A DNA stretch of 64,000 nt from NCBI GenBank assembly GCA_951406725.2, contig OX597831.1:82398001-82462000 (forward strand). The letters are read 5' to 3'. Position numbers and translations under genes: made by a program. The notes under the pieces were generated by a model that had not been told where the DNA came from, ran no database searches, and worked only from the letters and a program-made list of their open reading frames with translations. This stretch comes from Octopus vulgaris (lineage: Eukaryota). This document shows positions 14,831 through 28,369 of this stretch, piece by piece (the first letter of the stretch is position 1; every line of letters starts with the position of its first letter).

Positions 14831-16749
14831 CTCCTTCTTTCTTTCCTGAGTGTCCAATAATACTATACTTGTTCCATGTCCTCACATTGTTGTGTTTTCT
14901 CTTTGTGTTTTTATGTTTGGATTAACTTTAACTATATATATATGTATGTGTATCTATATGAATATATATGCATATAGGTATCAAGTTAGAGGGGTTTAAT
15001 ACCTCTAAAGGATAATTAAATCCAGAGTCACTTCTGGTTATTGGCTGGGTGGGTACGGTCTTTTGTAAGATTCTACGGTGGCAGGTAGTTCGGTTGGTAA
15101 ATCGGAGTTTAGGTTATATAAGAGTAAAAAAATGGATATAATAACAATGGGAAACCCGTGGTTTACTCTGGCATGTCTTTAATTAAATCGGTAACGAAGA
15201 AGTAAGAAGCAGAGATGAGGGTGGCATTTACGATTGTTTCAATTTACTGGAGTAAGTAAATTTCTTCAGAATGCAAGTATGGATAGATGCATCGGTTAGG
15301 ATGCGAAAATGATTGATACATATGTGATGGTAATGTAAACGAATTGGTAATTCTTACACTGAAATTTTGTTCTTGCACTGGTAAATTCGCTGGGTAGAGG
15401 TTTGCTTGTGGTTGATTGGTTAGTTTCGTTGGGTAATCAACTTTATTGATGTACCTGATGTGACCCATAGCATAAAATGGACGCAATACTAAGATGTTGA
15501 ACAGAGTCCCACACATAAGGTCCAATAGCAGGATGGGTCAAAATGAACATTGTACAGAACGTTTAATACCAAATCCATATTCTTATTACTTGCGTAGTGT
15601 GTGTGTACATGCATGCGTGTGTGTATAAAACATAGGAATGTAATCAATAGAGTATGATTGTGTATGTGATGCTGAAACTTCACAGATCATTAATTAACAG
15701 TTGATCAGAAATCATTCATTAACTTTTTGTTTCCAATCTTAGGTTGATAACAAAGAAAGGGACATAGGATGGGTCTTTGAAAGACAAGCCGACATATTTG
15801 ACTGACTGAGCAGATTTTGATAGGATAATCAGACTGAGACAAATCACTGGATATTGCACTAAAGAACAGACAACAGCAGAGTATAATTAAAATATCAGAT
15901 TGGCTGATAATAAATTAAAATTCTTGTTTTTCACAGCCATATAAACTCCTTTAAACATCCAAAGAAGTCACTTTTTCAAAAAGTTGGCCAAAGTTTGTTT
16001 CTTTCCAGAATCCATTCCAGTTGCATTTTAGATAAAAATGAAACATTTTGCAACAAACAACTCATCACCAGCATCTTTCTTGTCACTTAAATCTATCTTC
16101 TTATCTCTGCCTAATTCCCATGCATTAAATAAAAGGTTTGGGCTACGAAGTTCTTGTAGGCATGCTTTTAAATATTTACTTTGCAATTTTGCCCATTATC
16201 TTTGGATTCCCCTCTTTGCTACTTATATTCCGGTGCTTGTTACACTGCAAAAGTTTTTTCAGGAATTTACTTTTTACACCTTCCTCTCCCCAAAATCAAT
16301 TGACTGGACTGCAAATCCATATTTTACTTTCAACTAAACTTTTCCAAATTTCTTTTCCGCTTCCCAGGTTTTGGCCTGATTCCTTTTAATCTTTCTTCTG
16401 CTTTTAACATTCAACCATTTTTAAACTTTGTCTTTGATTAATAATTCTTCACACATTTTTATTTCATTTTATTAATTACTAGTTTATTCAACACACATAT
16501 CTTTCTCTTTGACTGGAATAATCTCTGTGTCTCTCTTTTAGTTCATTCTTTCATTTACATTTTGAGTACAATGGCTGCATTGTTATCTTCCAGCCTATTA
16601 TTAGATTGTTATTCAAATAATGTTCCATTATACGCTTTATGTTGTTCCATCACCCAATAATTTCCTGATGATTGGAAAGGAAAAACTCTGAGTAAAGTTT
16701 TCTGAAGTTCCCAGCTCTGATAAAATAATACATAGAAAAGATTGACCCT

Positions 16750-16835
16750 ATTAAGAAGTTTGCTTCACTAGTACATGGTTTTGGGTTCAATCCTACCGTG
16801 TGGCACCTTGAGCAAGTCTCTTTTACTATATTCTC
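16750..16835 (+). mobile_element. OR2/CORE-like SINE fragment; further copies near 29395-29545 (+), 36020-36140 (-), 60455-60590 (+)
   Basis: ttaagaagtttgcttc...gggttcaatcct tRNA-like head followed by CORE-like gtggcaccttgagcaagt. Confidence 0.7.
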
Positions 16836-17726
16836 CAGCTGAAGCAATTTGCATGTGTGTCTTTTATATTCGTGCTTCTCTGAAAGCTAGTGAATGCCAA
16901 GGGATCATCAAATCATCCATTGGCTCTGTACTTTGAAGGAGATGTGGAGTAAGAGACCCCCTTACATGAGTGACAGGTCAAGGTTCAGTGACAATGAAGG
17001 GCGTCCAATTGTAAAACAATGCTTCTATAATATTTTCATGTAACTCATGTAAAACTGATGCAAAAAGAATTATGAAGCACGTGTATGTGTGTGTATGCAT
17101 TTGCATATATGTATGTGTATGAAACCATGTATGGTCACAACCAAGTCAACCGAATAGAAGAATATATTGACTAGTTATGTGTAACACTCTCTCTTTATAT
17201 ATATGTGTGTGTATGTGATTTTCTGATCGAACCCAGATGTGATTTTATGTCTGACTCTGGAAAGATATGGCCAAGTGTGTCACTACGGAAGATTATATGC
17301 TAAAGTGAATAAGTTGTATAAGTACGCTGAAGAGAGATGTGGGCAGCTCTGGTGGTTAAGTTAGATATGAATGAAAAAGAGGAAAAGTAGAAGACTCATC
17401 AGGAATATTTGCTGAGATGATGTTGAAGATCATAAGCTAATTGTTCACCTAATTCATTGCTTATTAAACAGTATTCAATAGCATGATGTTAGGTCATGAA
17501 AAGTCTTTAAAAAATATCAGGGTAAAAACAAAAAAATTGTAAATATTAAGTACTGAAAACTAAAAATGGTTTATTGAATAAAAAATGAGTTAATAATTTC
17601 CTGTGGCTGAAATAATCTATTTGTAATTTTGGATAAAATATTTGAAAATCATGTTTTGATATGTTTTTTTTTTTTTCTTTAGCCACAAAATGCACTGAAA
17701 GATTTCTTCTCTAAATTACCCCCCCC

Positions 17727-17757
<31 letters not shown>

Positions 17758-18149
17758 CTCATAAAAATATATGGTTTGGGAAGCAGTGTGTTTACAAGGT
17801 GAAGTAAAGAATATGCAGGGATTGGTGCCACCGCAAGACCATTGTCAACAGTTGTGATGTAGTGGAACAGTGTAGTTGTGGAGGTTTCTTCAAATTGATG
17901 ATGTAAGATGATTTCCAATGGAAATAGCAGGGAGATCTAACTTAGAAGAGGACTGGAGGAATTTAGAGATTTTGTAGTCTGGGTTTGTATTGGGCCTCAT
18001 GAGGAGAGCAAATATATTCTTAACTAAGAACAAACTCGCTTGTCTTTGTTGATCCAAAGAAATGTGAAACATTGATGAGAAATATTCAAGATGTATTTCA
18101 GGTGAGGTCTGCATGAAAAGTTAGCATAGAAACCTTACAGGTGTGTGTA

Positions 18150-18350
18150 TATGTTTGTGTGTATATGTTTGTCCCCCAACATTGCTTGACAACCAATGCT
18201 GGTGTGTTTATGTACCTGTAACTTAGCAGTTTGGCAAAAGAGACCAATAGAATAAGTACTAGGCTTACAAAGAATAAGTCCTGGGGGTTGATGTGCCCCA
18301 CTAAAGGCGGTGCTTGATCATGGCCGCAGTCAAATGACTGAAACAAGTTA
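18150..18350 (+). mobile_element. SINE 3' segment (second copy at 20590-20760)
   Basis: gtttgtcccc...gcttgacaacc.atgctggtgtgttt...aataagtactaggcttacaaagaataagtcc shared between the two copies. Confidence 0.75.
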
Positions 18351-19256
18351 GAGATAAGAGGTGTTCATCAAATTGCTTTCTTCACTCACTAGGGTTCACA
18401 ACTTGTTTCTTTTTATTAAGTTCTGTTGATCAGAACAAAATATGTTGAGGATCTGCAGTCAAAGCTCCAAACCTGGTTCAGAATCTTTCAAGAGTGTGTA
18501 ACTAAAAAAATTGAGACCCTGGTTCCTCAGTTTCTAAGTTTGTTTCACATCAGATCAAGGTTACTTAGTATCTTGATCAGAAGTTCTTAATCTGTTTTAT
18601 TTTGTAGCACACAGGAGATTCAGTAAAATTACGGCTACACCTTAAATGGAAAATTTTAAAAATAATTGCTTCACAAGTTTAATATTTAAAACTACAGAGA
18701 AAACTTTAGTTTATAAACACATTTGTTTTTTAAGACAGTCAAACCATGGATTTTCTATCAATAAAATTCATATGCCAATTTGTTTTTTTTGTGCATACCT
18801 GTCATGCTTAAAGGAATTGTTGAAAGAAATTTTGTTGCTTAAATAAATACTTTTAACTAGATTTCTTGTAATTTCTGGAAGAGATTTGAAATCCCCACCT
18901 ATTTGTTGTATAACTACTTCTCAACACCCATGCTTAATGGGCCACCAAAGCAGCGACAAGATCAAGGAGAAAATTAAGATACGTTGATGTGTGTGTCAAG
19001 CAAAAGAGAGAGTTTGTGGCTGATAGGTATTTGAATTCCTTTCTATGATTGGACTGAAACTGACCCCTGGCTATTAAAGCCCCCCCCCCCCAACATATAT
19101 TTGTTTTAGGTCTTCTACCCATTTGAATTAGGCCATACACCAGATAACATGTTATGTCTTAGGTTCTGAAATTTAAATTTTGAATTTGTTTTAATTATAA
19201 AATTATTCCTCAGCTAAAAAACATCTTTTGGCTTTCAAATACAATCGTTTCTTACT

Positions 19257-19529
19257 CTTTCTATATTTTTTGTTACAATTTCTCTGTTTTTGGTCAGGAT
19301 TTTTTCAATTTCTTTTTTACTTGTATCAAGTAATGGACGAAAGCATTAAAAAAAAAATTAAATTCATAGAGCCTAACAAAATCAAATATATTAATTCTAT
19401 TTTTTACCATTCCTTAATGGAAGAGCAGAGTATGAGAGAGATTTGGCTGTTATTTCTAGCAAATTGAACAACCACATATTGTTCAATTGGCTCATTTGTT
19501 GATGTCTATAAGTAAACAAAAACTAAAAG

Positions 19530-19564
<35 letters not shown>

Positions 19565-19775
19565 TGAATGTATGTGTGTGTGTGTATGTGATAAGTGCCG
19601 CATTGTGGAAATAAACACAACTCTGTTTCTATATTTTTTATTAAGTTAGAATTTCTCTGTTTCGGTCAGGATTTTTTCAGTTTCTTTCTTCTTGAATCAA
19701 GCAACTGACAAAAGCATTAAAAAAAAAATGAAATTCATAGAGCTGAGCAAAATCAAAACTATTTATTCTATTTTT
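19257..19775. repeat. Local direct duplication of ~150 bp (19257-19405 and 19626-19775)
   Basis: tttctatatttttt...aatttctctgttt.ggtcaggatttttt...aaagcattaaaaaaaaa..aaattcatagagc...caaaatcaaa occurs twice. Confidence 0.85.
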
Positions 19776-19956
19776 TTTTTTCCTTTAATTTTTACTTTCC
19801 TACTTTATAATTATTGTATCCTATATACTGTGTCCTTGCATATTTGGTGAGTATTGCAGAAATACTTTCATCATTTCAGCAAAAACTGTCTACATTCATT
19901 TATGTTTTTCAATTGATTCACTCTGAATCATTTTGCAGATTTATTGTTTTAATAAC

Positions 19957-20215
19957 ATCATCATCATCATCATCATCGTTTAACGTCTGCTTTCCATGCT
20001 AGCATGGGTTGGACGATTTGACTGAGGACTGGCGAACCAGATGGCTGCACCAGGCTCCAGTCTTGATCTGGCAGAGTTTCTACAGCTGGATGCCCTTCCT
20101 AACAACAACCACTCCGAAAGTGTAGTGGGTGCTTTTATGTGCCACCAGCATGAGGGCCAGTCAGGCGGTACTGGCAATGACCTCGCTCGAATGTTTTTAC
20201 ACATGCCACCGGCAC
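19957..20215 (-). mobile_element. Family A element, 5'-truncated
   Basis: (cat)n cgtttaacgtctgctttccatgctagcatgggttggacg...tgtagtgggtgcttttatgtgccacc. Confidence 0.85.
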
Positions 20216-20852
20216 AATCGCAGGAGGGACACAGCACGAGAGCGGTTGTGCAAGGAGCAGTGGGTGGAAATAAGGAATCAAAATCGTGTGAGGATGAGGC
20301 AGAAGAAATTAAATAAGCGAAGAGGAGAGGGAGCGTATCCAACAGCACAGGAGGGGGGAAATCAGCAAACAAATGAGCCAGGGCCAAAGAGGAGTGAATT
20401 TTCAAAATGAAGGAGATAGGGATCAACGGAATCAAGGACACGAGTCAAGAGCAAAGGCAACTGTACTCAAAAAATGTGAGAAACAGAGCTGGATCTCTCT
20501 CAGTATACCAGCAAACCACAAAATCGCACCAGCCAGCATCACCACCACCACCACCACCTCCAAGCTCATCGTATAAGTATGTATGAGAGTGTTTGTGTCT
20601 GTGTTTGTCCCCTCACCACCATTGCTTAACAACTGATGCTGGTGTGTTTGCGTCCCTGTCACTTAGCTGTTCTGCAGAAGGGACTGATAGAATAAGCACC
20701 AGGCTTACAGGGAATAAATCCAAGGGTCAATTACTTCGAATAAAGGGTGGTGCTCCAACATTCACGTTTCAGTTTGCATAACTGAGATATTTTGGTTGGA
20801 TTATAAAGTTATCAATTTTACACTTCTTTCTATATTCTGTAATTGTCGCAAA

Positions 20853-21255
20853 ATACTTTTCTACTATAGGCACAAGTCCTGAAATTTTTGGTGGGAGGGA
20901 ACCAGTTGATTAGATGGATCCCAGTACATAACTGATACTTAATTTATCGACCTCAAAAGGATGAAAGACAAAGTCGACCTTGGCGGAATTTGAACTCAGA
21001 ACGTAGCGGCAGACGAAATACCTATTTCTTTACTACTCACAAGGGGCTCAACACAGAGAGGACAAGCAAGGACAGACAAACGGATTAAGTCGATTATATC
21101 GACCCCAGTGCATAACTGATACCTAATTTATCGACTCTGAAAGGATGAAAGGCAAAGTCGACCTCAGCGGAATTTGAACTCAGAACATGACGGCAGACGA
21201 AATACCACTAAGCATTTCACCTGGTGTGCTAACGATTCTGCCAGCTCATCACCTT
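20853..21255 (-). mobile_element. Dimeric OR1/Meta-like SINE
   Basis: Full monomer at 21255-21024, followed directly by a second headless monomer restarting at gtatttcgtctgccgctacgttctgagttcaaattcc with a different 3' end. Confidence 0.85.
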
Positions 21256-21515
21256 TAACTGTCACAATATAGAAATATTTCTCATGGCATCAGCAAACAA
21301 TTTACAGATGATTACATTTTTTGAATTTTCCATGAATTTTTCACAGGCCCAACTAGTGACCTTAATTATAATATTAATAATGTATAGTGCACCTAATGGC
21401 ATCTCGTAGAACACCAGTAGGCTAGGGTACACCAACGTGAGAACCATTGTTTTACATGTTTGGAACCTTCAATTCAACTTAATTATAGTTGCCTACTTGC
21501 ACATCGAAATCAAAT

Positions 21516-21982
21516 TCGATGGGTGGCATCCATGTTAGTGGAGCACTAAGAGCACCATCCGAGCATGATCGTTGTTAGAGTAGCTGATTGGCTTCTGTGC
21601 CGGTGGCACATAAAAGGCACCATTTGTGCGTGATTGTTACCAGCGTTGCCTTCACTGGCACTTATGCCTGTGGTACGTGAAAAAAAAATTCAAGCAAGGT
21701 TATTGCTAGTGCCGCTGGACTGGCTCCTGTGCAGGTGGCATGTAAAAAACACCATTTGAGCGTGGCCATTGCCAGTACTGCCTGACTGGCCCTTGTGCCG
21801 TTGGCATGTAAAAGCACCCACTACACTCTCAGAGTGGTTGGCGTTAGGAAGAGCATCCAGCTGTAGAAACTCTGCCAGATGAGACTGGAGTCTGGTTCAC
21901 CAGACCTCAGTCAAATCGTCCAACCCATGCTAGCATGGAAGGCGGACATTAAACGATGATGATGATGATGATGATGATGATG
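21516..21982 (+). mobile_element. Family A element with about 5 internal units
   Basis: Repeated ~65-nt units starting gtggcac(a/g)taaaa..cacc, and an (ATG)n tail. Confidence 0.85.
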
Positions 21983-22250
21983 TATATAGTTATGGTATAT
22001 TCCGTTAGGAAGTTGCTGAGTACAAGATAAAGCTCGTCTACCCTCAGAATTACCCAATACTATCTGGTAGCATTATTACATACTTCCATGTTTATGTTTG
22101 AGTATTTGTTGTGTGAGAATATAAAATTGAAGAAACTGGAGTCAACATGAAGGAGTTCAGTTGGGGAGTTATTAAAACAATAACTGTCCAACGGTACTCC
22201 TTGTTAATTCTTCAATATATGGATATACATTTACACATAGATTACATGGG

Positions 22251-22288
<38 letters not shown>

Positions 22289-22714
22289 AGACTGTATTTC
22301 AAGTGGTTAGCATTAACAGCAACAAGAATACTTCATGCTGTTGTAATTCATTTGAAATTACTACTCTCTATTATTTATAGATTTCCATTTTCACACACAC
22401 ACACACAGATGACTGCATAAATATTTGTTTAGTCAGCAACAAAACGAAGGTTATTTAATATTAATTACTATCAGATATTGATGTTTGATGAGTTCTTTTA
22501 TAAAAGTTCTTCTGAGCAATTGAGTATGAACAAAGGGTTAGTGTCTGTCTGGAGCAGACAACATGTGTGTGGTGGTGTTAGTCATGGACATAAAGGTCAC
22601 TTAAGAGTCTGGAATTGATTCCTATGCATCCTGTTTTGTTTTGTGCAACAAGGACTATAACTTAATTCATACCTGATAGAATTTCAAAACTGATTGTTGC
22701 TGTCAATAAAAGTT

Positions 22715-23050
22715 TCATCATCATCGTTGTTCAACTGTGGTTGAGACAATGGAATTTACTGTTACGCCAGACCTCACGATCCATCATAGCATTACGGAGG
22801 TCCCATTGCTGGATGCCTGTATCCTTGGAGATTACATCAGGGTAGGAGAGTGTGCACCCTCTGGTATCGCGAGCAGATGGCTTCCAGGGGAGAAGAGTAG
22901 AAATTACTTCGTTTTCAGCTCTATAACAATGTCCAGCAAACTGGACTCTTCTACCTTTCACAAGAGATGACACAGGTTGTAATTTCCCATATATTTGTAC
23001 TTTGGTTGGATGACGCTTCCTCGAGAGATGTTGAGCTCTCATAAGGAGGC
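22715..23050 (-). mobile_element. 3' fragment of an RTE/RTEX-like non-LTR retrotransposon
   Basis: ORF 22731..23042 (VKGRRVQFAGHCYRAENE...LRNAMMDREVWR) resembles the post-RT C-terminus (RRLxFAGHCxR ... MxDRxxWR). It ends in a short (TGA)n tail. Confidence 0.8.
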
Positions 23051-23939
23051 ATTTTTTAAACGTCTCATAAACGTTTAAAAAAAGAAGAGAGAAAAGATTT
23101 TCTACTATTTCTTGCTTTCCTCACTTTTAGGGGAAGTCTTTTGGCCATTCAGCAGCAGCATCCCAGGTTTACAAGAACCTCGATAAAGAATTGACCAATT
23201 ACATTTGCCATATTATGTGATTGACGATTGAGATATCATCTGCAGATAAGATGACTTACCAGAAATAGCAGTCAAATCTCTCTCATATCACACCATATCA
23301 TCTCAGATAAGGACATGCTGGAATGTAGGTCCTGATAGCCAGAAAAATTAAATGGTCACAGCAGAAACTTCTTTGATCACAGGTCTACTTGACCCAAACT
23401 GACCTGGGGCTAAACAACTTGTAACATCTCCATTTAATAGTAGCTGATCAATGTTGGGTGGTTGATTGGTTTTTCCAGTCACACTTTACATTGTATAGAG
23501 AGAGGGAGGAGAGTAAACGAGAGATGAGAAGTGGAGGATGAATGCACATGCTTTATAGATTCACACAGGGAAATGAATAAGTAAACGCATTAGTATCAGA
23601 TACTGAACATCGTTATTATTATTATTATTATTATAAGAGATTACTGTTTTCATGTTGCAACAGCATGACATAGTTAATTTACAAAGGCAGTATCATAGAA
23701 AATAAGATATTTGAAATGTATAACGAATTTGCAATTATTTTTATATTTATTGTTCTCTTTCATAAACATTCAAATAGTTCACTTGTTTGCATTTTGAAAT
23801 GAAGAGTCAACTGGTAAATTACTTTCACTCTCTCTCTCTCTATCTATCTCTCTCACACACACACACACATGCACAAAAGTTTGAACACCGAAAGTCTGGC
23901 AGTTCCCTCTCTTTGCTTGACTTTTGGCTAGACATCACA

Positions 23940-24712
23940 GAAGAGGGAAGGGAAAAATTGACATAATGTTCTACCGAAAGTCATCCTGCCTGGACCTCTT
24001 CATCTATTACAAGTTGGCCCTCCCCATCAGGGCTAAGATCAGCTACGTACATAATGAAATCACCTGAACATACAAGAGATGCAGCAACAGTGCCAGCCAG
24101 GTTGCACATGTTGCTTAGTTCCTGAAGGTACTCGAGGCCAACAGAAACCCAACATCTATTGTTAACTCCATAAGCAAACACAAGTCAAATGAACATTGTA
24201 ATAGGGATCTCTCTAAGACCTGCTTCTTTGAGAATTCCCCACTTTAATGAGAGGACCACTTCTGCCATTGACAAGGCCATCTGCAGGGAAGGCCTCAACA
24301 TCCTACTGGTCATTAGGGACTGTCCCAATGTAAACACTAATCAAAGAGATGGTCATGTGCAGAACAACAACAACCACAACCCTGCTGCACAGAGGCAAAC
24401 TGCACTATTCACAACACAAACATGTGTCTCTAGACATACGTAGTTAACCAGATATTACATCAGTTGCACAATCTGACCACTCAGATTTGAATAAAGGAGC
24501 ACCTCACTACTGATGTGCCTTCCTTCTGCAAACAGCCAAATGCAGCAACACCACCGAAGGAATGGATGCTTGCATACAAGCCTCAGAGAGGAATGCAAGA
24601 AATCTTCATATCAAAGAAGTTATATCGATCCACTGCCTCAACCCAAAAATCAATAGTCAATTGGAGAATGGGCTGGGGGCTCCTAGGAATACATCACTGT
24701 GACTATGACTAA
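23940..24712 (+). mobile_element. Degraded retroelement remnant, possibly Penelope-like (GIY-YIG region)
   Basis: Higher-complexity tract with broken frames. Peptides LRIPHFNERTTSAIDKAICREGL and (R/*)IKEHLTT near 24490 resemble the RxxEH motif of GIY-YIG endonucleases. Confidence 0.4.
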
Positions 24713-24823
24713 CATACACCACCACCACCACCACCACCACCTCCACACCACATCACAATGACCATGACCAACAGATGCAGAGCTGCTGCTGTTGCTGCTG
24801 CTAATCCAAACACCAAGCAGTTT

Positions 24824-24972
24824 AAAATAGTGAAATCTAGGTATCATTGACTACTTTCTTATGAAATATAAATGGTTTTTTTTTTGAAAAACTTTTTGCA
24901 TTTTTAGATGCTTTCCTTATTTATATCTTCCTTCATTTTCTACTTCAAGCAAACTGCAATGTTCTTATATAT

Positions 24973-25007
<35 letters not shown>

Positions 25008-25172
25008 TGCAGGGAAAAATTCAATTTAGAAATACTAAATCACCTTTCAAAAAATATAATATATATATAAAAATAGTGAAATTTATGTATCACTGACTAC
25101 TTTCTTATGAAATATAAATGTTATTTTATTTTTTGGAAAAACTTTCTAAATTATTAGATGCTTTCCTTATTT
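24824..25172. repeat. Local direct duplication of ~100 bp (24824-24922 and 25070-25172)
   Basis: aaaatagtgaaat.ta.gtatca.tgactactttcttatgaaatataaatg...gaaaaacttt...ttagatgctttccttattt occurs twice. Confidence 0.85.
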
Positions 25173-25524
25173 TATATATATATATATATAAATTATATAT
25201 ACATATATTAATTATATATATATAATTTATATATATATTGTTGTGTCTGTGGAGAGTCATTCTCTTTTATTGCCTTATTATTTAAGACCCTCACCGGTAA
25301 AGTTTCCACTCATTTACCATGAAAGAGGTTGCAAGATGCGATGCAAATTTAATGAACACACATACATACATGCATAATGCACTTACATGTATGCATACAT
25401 ACATACTTACATGTGTATGTGCACACACACACACACACACACACATACATAAACAAACAAAAAGAATGCAGCTCAGATAACAGATAGAGTCAATGACTAA
25501 TGAAAAGGTTGCAAGACTCAATGA

Positions 25525-25940
25525 CACCTGTGCAGGTGGCAAGTAAAGAAACACCTTTTCGACCCTGTGCTTGAGGAGACCTATTGAGTCAAGTACACCA
25601 ACATCAAAAATCAATGGAAGTTGTAGTTGTGATCCCTGTGCCAGTGGCACGTAAAAAGCACCATCCGAACATGGCCGATGCCAGCGCCGCCTTGACTGGC
25701 TTCCGTGCTGGTGGCACGTAAAAAGCACCGACCAATCATGGCCTTTTGCCAGCCTCCGGTGGCACGTAAAAAGCACCCACTACACTCTCGGTGTGGTTGG
25801 CATTAGGAAGGGCATCCAGCTGTAGAAACACTGCCAGATCAGACTGGAGCCGGGTGCAGCCTTCTGGCTTCCCAGATCCCCGGTCGAACTGTCCAACCCA
25901 TGCTAGCATGGAGAACGGACGTTAAATGATGATGATGATG
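25525..25940 (+). mobile_element. Family A element
   Basis: Three exact gtggcacgtaaaaagcacc motifs plus one degenerate copy, the conserved 3' part and an (ATG)n tail. Confidence 0.88.
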
Positions 25941-26053
25941 TGTGTGTGGGTGTGCATGTGTACATGTATGTAGACAAATGGATATGAATGTAAACAGATA
26001 GACATACAGACAGATAGGTACATAGGTAATAAGAACAGACAAGCACACATACA

Positions 26054-26096
<43 letters not shown>

Positions 26097-27669
26097 CACT
26101 TCACACGAGAACACATATGGAGACACACATCCATACATATAGACACAGTACATAGTCATAAAAATTCATTCATACATACACACACATTCAGACATGCACA
26201 CTCAATGAGACAGAGGTACACGCACACATGTATAAAAACACACAAACACACAAAAACATGAATATGAAGAATACATACATATGCACACACATACAGACAT
26301 ATACACATATGCACACACACACATACATGTATACACACACTTGCATGCATGCATACATACATACATTCATGTGTATATGCACACACACACACTGACCTAC
26401 AAGGAAAGAAAAAGGCAGCAACTCAGATAACGGACAGTCAATGACTATTGACTAGGATGCAAGATGCAACAAAAACTTAATAATAGGAAAAATGAAAAAA
26501 TGAGTGAGTGGAAACTTTACCAGTGAGTGTGTTAAATAATAAGGCACTAAAAGAGAATGATTCTCCTCAGACACAACAAAATATGCTTCAACACATGAAC
26601 TCACGTAAAGAATCTTGCAAACGGTATATATATATATATATATCCCAAACGGTATATATATATATATATATATATATCTCAAGGGTTGAACAGAAAGAAC
26701 ACAAGGAGAAAAAGTTAGAAGAAAGTAGAGCAAACAGAAAACTAGACAAAAACTTATCAGACAGAGAATTTAGGCAAAGACAGAATACACAGAATATTCC
26801 CAGCTGATTTCCTCATCAGTCAATGACACAAAATATCATAGTAGTTTCTCGCCATTTGGCATTGAGACCACCCAGTTTTGGAGGTACCAGTGCTCTTATT
26901 AAGCTCTGGGGAAAAGTTAACAAATGTATATTAAGACAGAAACAAACATTATATAAATACAACAGAAAGAATTATGCATATGCAACTGCACGAAGCCTTA
27001 CGGCTGTATACGACAGAGGAAAAAGAATAATTATAAATGTAGGACAAATTCAACAGAAAGAGCTTTGCAGTTATTGACCAAACTTAGTTGGGTGGCACAA
27101 AGATAAAATGGAGAAAGTCCTAGAAGACATTGCAGGAGCCCAGACCAGCAAAGGCAGGTTGCACTGGTCATGTGGTAGGAGAGAGAAAGTGTTGTAGAGA
27201 AGAGAGGAATTAAGGAAATAGAGAGGGGAAAGAGGAGGAGACAGAGAGGGAACAAAGGAGCAGAGGGACTGGAGGTTAAAAGATACACACACACACACAC
27301 ACACATTGGTATATATGTATATATATATATATATTACTGGCTTTGTGGATAAAGGTGTTTGGTTACAGATAAGACAGTAAGGTAGATGGAGGTTTCAGTC
27401 TCAGGTAGGGATTAGTGATATGATCTCATTTAGTTTTATTTTTCTCTAGAGATGTGTTAAAAGGGGGAAGAAAAAAACACAACCAGTATGGGCCAAGATT
27501 GATCCTTTGTCCAAGGGGTATATGTGTTGCTTTGTCTGTATGTCTTTACCCACAGGACCATTGAGACAATAGCAATAGGTAGTTTGAAAATGATATATTT
27601 AAATTTTATATAGCTATTTGATGTGGTGGTGTTCATGGTTTTCTGTGACTTTCATAATATATGAGGGGA

Positions 27670-27778
27670 GAATGTGAAATGTCCCAGAACACAACATGCT
27701 GCCTGATTCAGGAATTGATCTCACAGCCTTAATGACTATAAGCTGAACACCCTAACCACAAGGCCATGCACTTTCATG
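27670..27778 (-). mobile_element. tRNA-derived SINE head fragment (related copy at 44095-44246, -)
   Basis: Reverse strand reads gcatggccttgtggttagggtgttcagc...tcaattcctg. Confidence 0.6.
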
Positions 27779-27881
27779 GCAAAGTCAGTAGAGTGATGGG
27801 TTGATTTCCATTTATATCCTGGGTTCAAGTCCTGCCAAGTCTAGCTTAGCCTTTCATTTTTCTGGGGTCAATAAAATAAAG

Positions 27882-28282
27882 TATGGGCCGTGACTGCTGC
27901 GGACATGCATAAGCTCGCAAGGAATGAATCCAGTATGATCCGATGGATGTGTAATGTCAGTGTGCATACTCGACAGAGTGTAAGTACTTTGAGAGAAAAG
28001 TTGGACCTAAGAAGCATCAGATGTAGTGTGCAAGAGAGACAACTGCGCTGGTATGGTCATGCGGTGAGAATGGATGAGGATAGCTGTGTGAAAAAGTGCC
28101 ACACCCTAGCGGTTGAGGGAACCTGTGCAAGAGGTAGACCCAGGAAGACCTGGGATGAAGTGGTGAAGCATGACATCTGAACATTAGGTCTCACCAAGGC
28201 AATGACTAGTGACCGAGACTTTTGGAAATATGCTGTGCTTGAAAAGACCTGGCAAGCCAAATGAGACCATAACCTCGTGGCC
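27882..28282 (+). mobile_element. 5'-truncated RTE-clade LINE 3' end
   Basis: ORF 27890..28180 (ESSMIRWMCNVS...LRWYGHAVRMDEDSCVKKC...RGRPRKTWDEVV) is a characteristic RTE post-RT C-terminus. Confidence 0.9.
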
Positions 28283-28369
28283 ACACACACACACACACAC
28301 ACATTTTTGTACTGTATATATGGGTCCATCTGGACAATGAAGGATTCTTGTTATTATGTAGAGTGGTTT

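Noticed and set aside
12305-14857. Numerous overlapping ORFs rich in H/T/Y/I/C/V
   Set aside because: They are translations of CA/TA/TG microsatellites. The same applies to the poly-N, poly-I, poly-L and poly-V ORFs elsewhere.
19980-20576. ORFs with recurrent peptides (FLQLDALPNANHSESVVG, THASMES) suggesting a gene family
   Set aside because: They are chance frames through copies of the same family A repeat.
25625-25790. CRISPR-like pattern: exact 19-bp repeat gtggcacgtaaaaagcacc with variable spacers
   Set aside because: It lies inside a dispersed eukaryotic SINE-like family. The spacers are homologous to each other and uneven in length, and there are no cas genes.
26795-26825. CTGATGA on the minus strand as another hammerhead
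   Set aside because: No convincing stem II followed by GAAA could be built.
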